A DNA stretch of 52,315 nt, taken from positions 1 to 52,315 of the forward strand of contig JAWBZG010000003.1 in assembly GCA_038866525.1 (NCBI GenBank). Direction: 5' to 3'. Both the position numbers and the translations under genes were made by a program. The notes beneath the pieces are model-generated. The model did no database searches. It worked only from the letters and a program-made list of their open reading frames with translations, and was not told the DNA's origin. Source of the DNA: Candidatus Bathyarchaeia archaeon (lineage in GTDB: Archaea; Thermoproteota; Bathyarchaeia; Bathyarchaeales; DTEX01). This document shows, in pieces, positions 45,441 to 52,315 of the stretch (positions are counted from its first letter, which is position 1; the number at the start of each line of letters is the position of its first letter).

Positions 45441-47261
45441 ATGGGCGCGTCTCTCTCTGAGAGTAACATTGATCTCGCTATCAAACATTATTCCAGTTTA
45501 TTTACTCTCCCATCATTTAGGACGATACTAACGCTGCTATGTCTTGAAAATCTTCTTTTAGGCTTAATAGTAGTAATCAACCTGCAGTATCAGCCAGCAT
45601 CTTGGATTATAAACGGGCTCGCGCTTGGAATACTGTTCAACGCGATAATTGTATTGTTGGACTTCTTAGTTGCCAGGATTTTGCTTAAGAAAGACGCCGT
45701 ACTAAACTATAAAAGGCTATCCTTTCTATCGTTTTCCGCAAATCTATTCTATATTGCTTTCATGATCATTGGAATTATGCTACTTCCTGAATCTTCAAAG
45801 AATCAAGACTTATTTATTAAAATTCTATCAATTTGTTTTTTCGCAAATCTTTCCTTCCGCACTCTAGTCATTTATTCCACTTCCCTCTCCAATTTTTTTG
45901 CAAAGTCTATTGCTAGCGGTCTTCAACCCTTCACAATTTTATCACTATTGATTTTGATTCGCGTAAAAGTTCTCCATGTAAGCCATATAATGCACATCAT
46001 TGCTGCCACGGTTCTCTCGCTACTGAGCGTATACTTGTTCATAACCCTCTTAAATAGGGAGGGGGAGAAAGCTCTCGGTATACCTTCACTTAAAATATTT
46101 AGGGCTTTTCTCGCCAATTGGACTGAAAGCTTAGAGGAGCCTTTTGAGGAAATTTTGGAGGGACTTGGGGAAGAGCGCGACATAACAGTATCCTTAATTA
46201 TTTTTAGAAGTAGAAACAGCGGAGACCTAAAGGCTGCGATAGTTGTCCCTAATTTGCATCCAGGACCTTTCAAAAATATTGGAAGTAGCTCCCTTCCAAG
46301 TTTAATAAAAGACTTATTGGAAAAGGAGTGCGGATGCATAGTCTCTGTCCCCCATGGGATTTCAGGGCATTCCCTCGACTTAGTCTCTCAGAAAGAGAAC
46401 AAAAAGGTTCTTGAAAGCCTTCTCAGAGCCATGAAGGAGCCGCATGTCTTCTCCAAGGAAGCAACCATTTTCTTTAATGTTGAAGATGATGGGGCGAAGG
46501 TTGGCTGTCAAGTCTTCGATAAATGTGTCTTTTTAACTTTAACGCTTTCCCCCGAAACCATGGAAGATTTACCGATAGAATTAAACGATATTATAATTCA
46601 GGAAGCGATGAAAAACGGCTTTTCTTGGGCAATAGCCGTAGATTCCCATAACAGTCTCAATGGACCATTTAATGTTGACAGAGCTGTAAAAATATTTAGA
46701 AAAACCATAACATCCGCTCTAAATAAGGCAAGAAGCCTCGAACGCTTCTCAGAGACCCTTATGATAGGTGCTGGAGAAGTTAGACCAAAAGATCTAAGTA
46801 CTAAAGATGGAATCGGGCCAGGAGGCATTACATCTATGGTTGTTTCAGTTGGCGATCAGAAAACAGCTTATGTTACAATAGATGGAAATAACATGGTGTC
46901 CGGTTTAAGAGAGAAAATTCTCATGGATTTAAAGGACTTAGGTATAAGTGGTGGTGAAGTATTCACGACCGACACACATATTGTTAACGCTATAGTATTA
47001 AATGAGAGGGGGTATCATCCGGTAGGAGAAGTCATAGACCACGGTAAATTGATTGGGTATATTAGGAGCTCCGTTATTAGGGCGCTAAATAATATGGAGT
47101 TGGCCGAAGTAGCATGGTGCAAAGTAGTTATTCCAAAGGTTAAAGTTATTGGGGATCTTCAGATCAACCAGCTTAGCGCGCTCACTGATAAAGTTTTAAA
47201 GAAGGCTAAAAAATACTTATTTATCTTTGCCCTCTCTGGCTTCCTGCTTACAATAATGTGA
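45441..47261 (+). CDS. DUF2070-family membrane protein
   Basis: About 6 N-terminal TM helices, then HPGPF..IGSS.LP, PHG..H..D, DSHN, DGNN, TTDTH. Confidence 0.85.
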   Translation: MGASLSESNIDLAIKHYSSLFTLPSFRTILTLLCLENLLLGLIVVINLQYQPASWIINGLALGILFNAIIVLLDFLVARILLKKDAVLNYKRLSFLSFSANLFYIAFMIIGIMLLPESSKNQDLFIKILSICFFANLSFRTLVIYSTSLSNFFAKSIASGLQPFTILSLLILIRVKVLHVSHIMHIIAATVLSLLSVYLFITLLNREGEKALGIPSLKIFRAFLANWTESLEEPFEEILEGLGEERDITVSLIIFRSRNSGDLKAAIVVPNLHPGPFKNIGSSSLPSLIKDLLEKECGCIVSVPHGISGHSLDLVSQKENKKVLESLLRAMKEPHVFSKEATIFFNVEDDGAKVGCQVFDKCVFLTLTLSPETMEDLPIELNDIIIQEAMKNGFSWAIAVDSHNSLNGPFNVDRAVKIFRKTITSALNKARSLERFSETLMIGAGEVRPKDLSTKDGIGPGGITSMVVSVGDQKTAYVTIDGNNMVSGLREKILMDLKDLGISGGEVFTTDTHIVNAIVLNERGYHPVGEVIDHGKLIGYIRSSVIRALNNMELAEVAWCKVVIPKVKVIGDLQINQLSALTDKVLKKAKKYLFIFALSGFLLTIM

Positions 47262-47350
47262 TCTAAAGGAAAATATTATATCGTAGTTATGCTTAAAAAT
47301 TAAGGTGAAGTAATTAAGCAATAAATAGCAATGAGGAGAAGAGATACGCC

Positions 47351-47629
47351 ATGGCTGAAGAGAGTCAAGTAATGATTGGGAAGAAGCCAGTGATGAACTA
47401 TGTGGTAGCGTGTCTAACGGCGTTCAATTCAGGTGCCAAAAAAGTTGTCGTTAAAGCTAGAGGAAGGGCTATAAGTCGGGCGGTCGACGTTGTTGAACTA
47501 TTGCGCCGCGCCTTCCTTAAAGACATAGTCATTGAGAAGATCGAGATAGGCACCCAAGAGATGACAAGCCCAGACCGGCCGAAAACCAATGTTTCAACAA
47601 TAGAAATTTCGCTGGTGAAGAAAGAGTAA
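47351..47629 (+). CDS. albA: DNA/RNA-binding protein Alba
   Basis: [29 protein letters not shown]. Confidence 0.96.
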   Translation: MAEESQVMIGKKPVMNYVVACLTAFNSGAKKVVVKARGRAISRAVDVVELLRRAFLKDIVIEKIEIGTQEMTSPDRPKTNVSTIEISLVKKE

Positions 47630-47699
47630 AATTTGAATAAAACATTTTTTATCTTTCTTTTTTCTTTCTAAAGGTATGTTAGCTTCTTGACTAAATAAG

Positions 47700-48548
47700 T
47701 TATTTAAATCCAGAGGGCTTCTTCCTCAATAAAAGGATTTTTGTTTTGCTTCCCGAATGAATTTCTATCCTGCCGTTAAAGCGCTCCTTAACCCTCATTT
47801 TCAGCAGCATAACGTAGCGCCCAACTTGTTCTTCTGATAGGGCATCAGCATTGTTATCCCAAAGAACAGCTAAGACTTTACCGCTCTCATCGCTGATCTC
47901 CACACGTCTAACTTTTCCCTCACCATCCTGACGTTTAAAGGTAGACAAAGGATAAATTTGCTCAATAAAGCCAACAACATCAACGATTTTGTTTCGAGCG
48001 GATAATTCACCAATTTTCTCAGTAAATCTCGTTATAGGCGGGTAACTTTCTTCGTTTAGGTCTCTTGGATTAACTTCTATCCTACTTTTTAGCCCGGCGT
48101 TTAACTCGATTCCCCCACCGCTTCTGCGTCTAACCGACACGTGGGATAATCTCACTATCTCATCTATTGTATCGGCATCTACGAGAAACGCTTTTTCATT
48201 CCACAGAGTAGCTCTAATAAAGCCAGTGTCATCAGCTAAATGGATGACCCTCTTAAATCCTTCGCCTCCCTTAGGGTAAATAAAACTTTTTATTTGATCG
48301 ACATAAATTACCCGTCCACTCACGGTCACGTCACTTAAACCTGGGATTAGGTCTTTGATTTTTAAATCGCGCTTGAAATTCACTTTGAAATCAATCCCTA
48401 AATCGGCAGCCAATGATAGAGCGGCGCTCTCCAACGTTAAGAATCCTCCAGCGCTCCTCTCCCTCTCTTTAATCATCTTTAGAACTTCATCTCTTGTTAA
48501 TTCAGGTTTCACTGTAAGTATTCTTGCGATTATATCTTCAAGCGACAT
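47700..48548 (-). CDS. RPA/SSB-like OB-fold protein (two OB folds)
   Basis: N-terminal helical cap (G.LT.E.A..LA..LG), KIKDL, D.TG.I..TLW, DESG.V..VLW. Confidence 0.85.
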   Translation of the reverse strand: MSLEDIIARILTVKPELTRDEVLKMIKERERSAGGFLTLESAALSLAADLGIDFKVNFKRDLKIKDLIPGLSDVTVSGRVIYVDQIKSFIYPKGGEGFKRVIHLADDTGFIRATLWNEKAFLVDADTIDEIVRLSHVSVRRRSGGGIELNAGLKSRIEVNPRDLNEESYPPITRFTEKIGELSARNKIVDVVGFIEQIYPLSTFKRQDGEGKVRRVEISDESGKVLAVLWDNNADALSEEQVGRYVMLLKMRVKERFNGRIEIHSGSKTKILLLRKKPSGFK

Positions 48549-48671
48549 GGCAGCAGCCCGCCGTAAACCCAAGAGATAAGTACGCTAATGTTTCTTATAT
48601 AAGGTGACAGATGAGTAAAAGTTTATTTCTCTCCGAAAACATCAATAATTATTGCTTAACGGGTTAAGCCT

Positions 48672-48944
48672 ATGAGCGCGCCTGATATCCTGTTTATCGC
48701 CGGATTTACTCTAATCATTTTAGGTTTCACGCTATCTTTCATAGCAGCCTTAATAATGTTTTTTAAGGGTTTAAGGAACTATAGGGCTCGCGGATCAGGG
48801 TGGAGTGGCCTAATTATGATAGGTCCCATACCAATAGTGTTTGGAACCGATAGGGAAAAAGTAAAAGTTCTCATTGCTCTATCAATAGTGCTCATGCTCC
48901 TAGCATTAATACTTATGCTGGCTTTAAGCTTAATGGTAAGGTGA
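48672..48944 (+). CDS. DUF131 / TIGR00304 membrane protein
   Basis: GLIMIGPIPIVFGTD flanked by TM helices. Confidence 0.85.
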   Translation: MSAPDILFIAGFTLIILGFTLSFIAALIMFFKGLRNYRARGSGWSGLIMIGPIPIVFGTDREKVKVLIALSIVLMLLALILMLALSLMVR

Positions 48945-48948
48945 GGGG

Positions 48949-49416
48949 ATGAGTACCAAAATATGTGAGGTATGCGGCGAGAGGCAGGCTAAATATATCT
49001 GCCAAGAGTGCGGTCGAAGTATATGTGAGCACTGTGTTGAACCCTACAAGTTACTTTGTCTCAAATGCTCCGAGGAAATCAAAAAATCTTTTGGGTCGCT
49101 TAATAGGGCTAAAGAGATAACGGTATTTGAGGCTCTACCCATGAAAGTGTTTTTCTTGGGCTTCTTATTGATCTTTATTGGGATGCTCATCATGTTTTTA
49201 ACAGTCCTATTTTCTGGTTTAAAAAATTCCATTAGCTTATTTCTCTTTATAGGGCCGATACCGATAATTCTTGGCGCTGGGGAGCATGCGGTGCCGCTTA
49301 CAATTCTCGCTGCTATCGCAACAATAGTGTGTGCAGCTATTTTCATAGTGCTTCTTAGCAAGCGGAGACCCATTAAGCGGGAAGAGTTACCCTCTCATTC
49401 CAGCGGATTGAAATGA
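48949..49416 (+). CDS. Zinc-finger (B-box-like) + DUF131 membrane protein
   Basis: CEVC, CQECG..IC..C, C.KC, then TM helices with FIGPIPIILG. Confidence 0.75.
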   Translation: MSTKICEVCGERQAKYICQECGRSICEHCVEPYKLLCLKCSEEIKKSFGSLNRAKEITVFEALPMKVFFLGFLLIFIGMLIMFLTVLFSGLKNSISLFLFIGPIPIILGAGEHAVPLTILAAIATIVCAAIFIVLLSKRRPIKREELPSHSSGLK

Positions 49417-50259
49417 TGATTCAATAAGTTGAGCATATTCTTCTCTAACTTTCACCTTAATTTTATTCCAAATCTTCCTGGCTTCATCTATTAGCCCTTG
49501 ACTAAGAAGCTTACATATGTGGCTTAGATCCTTCAGGAAAAACTCTACTTGATCTTTAAGGCATAATTCTTCAGCCATTTCCGAGACATCTGATGCTTCC
49601 TTAAAGCGTCCCAAGCATATCAGTATGAAGCCAGCTTCACAGTAGCTCCATGCAGCTTCAAAATATTCTTGGCATAGAGAGAATGCATCAGCAGCTTTGG
49701 TATATGAGGATGCGGCTTCCTCAAGATTCCCGGATTTTAGACTACAGTCGCCAGCGCTCCTATATAGCCTTCCGGCGAGAAGAAGTCTACCGCTCTTAAA
49801 GGCTTTTTCAGCAGCATCCCGGTAGATAATATTTGCTTTCTCAAGGTCACCATTATCGGCAAAGTAGTCGCCTACAGCCCTAAATACGTTTATGCTTTCG
49901 CCGCTTAATTCAGTTTCACAGTCCCTAATAGAGATAAATCGCTCCCATATTTTTGAGCTGCATAGATTAGCTGTATCGTTTTCTCCACCCTCAATAAATG
50001 ATCTCAGGGCTTTAAGATAAATCGCTATTGCCTTTATGCTATCATCAAGCCTTTCAGCCACCCGCATGTAGCATTCTCCAGCTTTCGCAGCAAATCTTCT
50101 TTGGTTAAATTTATCGCCACTTACACCAAAGTGCACCGAAAGATGCCTAAATAACCGCGCAGCATCCTCGTAGTCACCTCTTTTAAATGCTTCTTTAGCT
50201 AAATCTTCAAGAATTCTCACGGGTTCCCTGTAAATGCTTTCATCCATTTTGTATGGCAA
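49387..50259 (-). CDS. TPR / alpha-SNAP-like helical repeat protein
   Basis: Repeats of A..(Y/F)..A.....G.(Y/L)..AA..Y..AA. Confidence 0.7.
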   Translation of the reverse strand: MPYKMDESIYREPVRILEDLAKEAFKRGDYEDAARLFRHLSVHFGVSGDKFNQRRFAAKAGECYMRVAERLDDSIKAIAIYLKALRSFIEGGENDTANLCSSKIWERFISIRDCETELSGESINVFRAVGDYFADNGDLEKANIIYRDAAEKAFKSGRLLLAGRLYRSAGDCSLKSGNLEEAASSYTKAADAFSLCQEYFEAAWSYCEAGFILICLGRFKEASDVSEMAEELCLKDQVEFFLKDLSHICKLLSQGLIDEARKIWNKIKVKVREEYAQLIESSFQSAGMRG

Positions 50260-50504
50260 TTTTCATCCAAAATTAGTAGTGAGGGAAATGAAATAAACTT
50301 TTAGGGCAGATGGCAATATAAAAGGCATGGAAGATCCTAGGAATTTAATACTGAAGATCTAAATAGTATGCTGCGTGCTTTTTCTTCCATCTTCCTATGT
50401 AGTCCGCCTATTGAATATTAGAAAGCATTTTAAAAGACGTGTTTTTCTTAGAGAGCGATATGCTGCTGAACGCAAATATAGCGAATACATTGGACTTCAA
50501 GGCT

Positions 50505-51881
50505 TCATTTGGTCCAGACCCCTCTTCCTAAACCACGATATATGAAGCCTTCCTTCTCAACCTTATGTGGGTCAACTATGTGGGCTAAGTCTATTATAGC
50601 AGCTGGCTTCCTCATTAGAACACTTATTTTACTCAGGTTTAAACGCTTAAACCTATCGTGTCCAACAGCTATGACAAGGCAATCGGCATGCTCCAAAGTT
50701 TTCGCCAGATTCTTTTCAGCCGGTAAACCCATATCCTTAAGCTCCTCAGGAGAATAAAAGGGGTCGAAAACACTAACTTTAATATTTTTTTCCTGCATCA
50801 TCTTAACTAGATTTATTACCATAGATCCCTTAATCTCTTTAACATTGGGCTTGTATGATATGCCGAGCACTGCAATCTTAGATCTCTTAAGGGTTTTCTC
50901 CATAACTTTAAAAGCATCTTTAATAAGTCCATAGGCCCTCTTAACAGTCTCATCATTTATTTTCCTAGCTAAAACTGGGATTTGAAGTTTAACGCCTAAG
51001 TTTTCAGCCTCATATATCAGCAGGTAAGGATCCTTTGGTATATGACCACTAATAATCCCAGGCTTAAGCAGATGGCAATATGGTTGAGTGTTGGCGGCGG
51101 CTTGCACCTCAATATAATCTATTCCAAGTTTCTCACAGAATTTTGCAAGATCGTTGGCAAGAGCTAAGTTAACATCCCGATAAATGTTCTCGAATAATTT
51201 GACCGTTTCAGCCGTCTTAATGTTGCTGACCTCGATAATTCCTCCTTTAATAATTGTTTTCAGTATGGTTTTTGCAGCCGTTAAGCTCTGTCTATCTATA
51301 GCTGCCAGAACTCTGGGATAGTTAACAATATCATAAATCACTCTCCCAACGCTGGCGCGTATAGGGCTGAAGGCTAAACCGAAATCCTTCCCAGCCTTTA
51401 ACCCGGAGGATAACTCTAAAGCCTTCTTAACGATCTCTTCAGTTACGCCGGGACCAACAGTACTTTCTAAGATAATCATGGAGCCGCGCATAAAGTTTAG
51501 CCCTATATCCCTACAAACATTTTCAAGATTTGTATAGTTAGGTCTTTTCTTCTCATCTATTGGGGTGTCAACCGCGATAACTATTATGTCACTTTTAGAG
51601 AACGCTTCTTTCTCATCATTCACGGCTACTAAACGTCCATCACTTAAGTTCCTCTTTATCATCTTATTTAGTTCAGGCTCAACGAATGGGCTAATTCCCT
51701 TATTAATTCGATTAATAATCTGCGGGTTAATATCGAAGCATATAACCTTAAACCCTGCATCTGCGAAAAGACATGCTGTTGGCAACCCCATCCTGCCGCA
51801 TCCAGCAACGGTGAGAGTAAACCTCCCACGTTGATCAAAGGTATCTAAATCCCCTTCTTTAAGCATCATCGCTGTAGACAT
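50505..51881 (-). CDS. UDP-glucose/GDP-mannose/UDP-ManNAc dehydrogenase family
   Basis: GCGRMGLP, VDTP, ESTVGPG.T, AE.VKL.EN.YRDVN.ALAN, LG.SYK.N, DP. Confidence 0.88.
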   Translation of the reverse strand: MSTAMMLKEGDLDTFDQRGRFTLTVAGCGRMGLPTACLFADAGFKVICFDINPQIINRINKGISPFVEPELNKMIKRNLSDGRLVAVNDEKEAFSKSDIIVIAVDTPIDEKKRPNYTNLENVCRDIGLNFMRGSMIILESTVGPGVTEEIVKKALELSSGLKAGKDFGLAFSPIRASVGRVIYDIVNYPRVLAAIDRQSLTAAKTILKTIIKGGIIEVSNIKTAETVKLFENIYRDVNLALANDLAKFCEKLGIDYIEVQAAANTQPYCHLLKPGIISGHIPKDPYLLIYEAENLGVKLQIPVLARKINDETVKRAYGLIKDAFKVMEKTLKRSKIAVLGISYKPNVKEIKGSMVINLVKMMQEKNIKVSVFDPFYSPEELKDMGLPAEKNLAKTLEHADCLVIAVGHDRFKRLNLSKISVLMRKPAAIIDLAHIVDPHKVEKEGFIYRGLGRGVWTK

Positions 51882-52258
51882 ATCCTGTCGCCACAAAACT
51901 CTAATTAAATGAGCGCTAAGGATTTAAAAATATCTTCGAGAAAAACAAAAGATAAAAACTTAATAAACTACCTAGCGGCTTTTCAGCAAATTAATGTGAG
52001 ACGAAGAAAACCCAGCTCATAATCGCTCTCGCCCCTTCATGGGTCTCTTAGCATAGTTAAAATCTCCGAGGCTTGCATATTACTTGCCCTAAAAACTGTC
52101 GAAAACCTAAATAGTCATAATCCTCTAACAATCCAAAATTATCTTAAGGATTACTTGAAACACAAATCATATTTGCCTGAGGAAAACAAACATAAATCGA
52201 TATGAGATTCAACCGATAAAGATTTAACTGAAAATTAAATCTTATAATTTTTTAGAAA

Positions 52259-52315
52259 GCGGGGGTTGCCAAGCCAGGTCAAAGGCGCAGCCCTGAGGCG
52301 GCTGTCCCGTAGGGG
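52259..52315 (+). tRNA. tRNA-Leu(GAG), 3' end cut by window edge
   Basis: GCGGGGG acceptor strand, D-arm GCCAAGCCAGGTCAAAGGC, anticodon arm CAGCC-CT-GAG-GC-GGCTG, long variable arm CCCGTAGGG. Confidence 0.92.

Noticed and set aside
239-51834. Many short ORFs antisense to or nested in clear genes (e.g. 4455-4928, 10514-11227, 28458-28925, 33132-33644, 42234-42599)
   Set aside because: They are shadow frames of well-supported genes, with Ser/Ile/Pro/Leu-rich composition and no recognisable motifs.
51897-52258. Integrated element or att site next to tRNA-Leu
   Set aside because: No integrase and no tRNA-fragment duplication is visible, and the tRNA 3' side is outside the window.

Overview
A 52 kb, gene-dense archaeal chromosome segment, inferred from gene content to be Bathyarchaeia/TACK-like (archaeal Mat, Rps3Ae, Rps7, Alba, Sec61beta, FwdA/FwdC/Mch, GGTGA/GGAGG ribosome-binding sites). 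It holds about 55 mostly housekeeping or metabolic CDSs. These include a possible catabolic island (AOR, MoaD, class II aldolase, epimerase, UroD-like, ceramidase-like), a DAP-pathway lysine operon with a divergent Lrp regulator, and H4MPT C1 genes. There is also a glnA cluster with stand-alone Lrp domains and a Re-citrate-synthase-like enzyme, plus mat, purB, serS, a PPi-type PFK, pyrG, a frameshifted TrmB and a tRNA-Leu(GAG) cut by the window end. I saw no mobile elements or CRISPR arrays. The most unusual signals are: (1) several conserved genes whose N-termini can only be reached from non-canonical start codons (ATT, ACG, ATA/ATC, CTG) placed behind good Shine-Dalgarno sites; (2) a full-length ribophorin I/Ost1-like membrane protein and an alpha-SNAP-like helical protein; (3) enzymes lacking canonical catalytic residues (a nucleotide-sugar dehydrogenase without its Cys, and an AsnB without its N-terminal Cys coupled to a deacetylase). 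All family calls come from motif recognition by eye, with no database searches.
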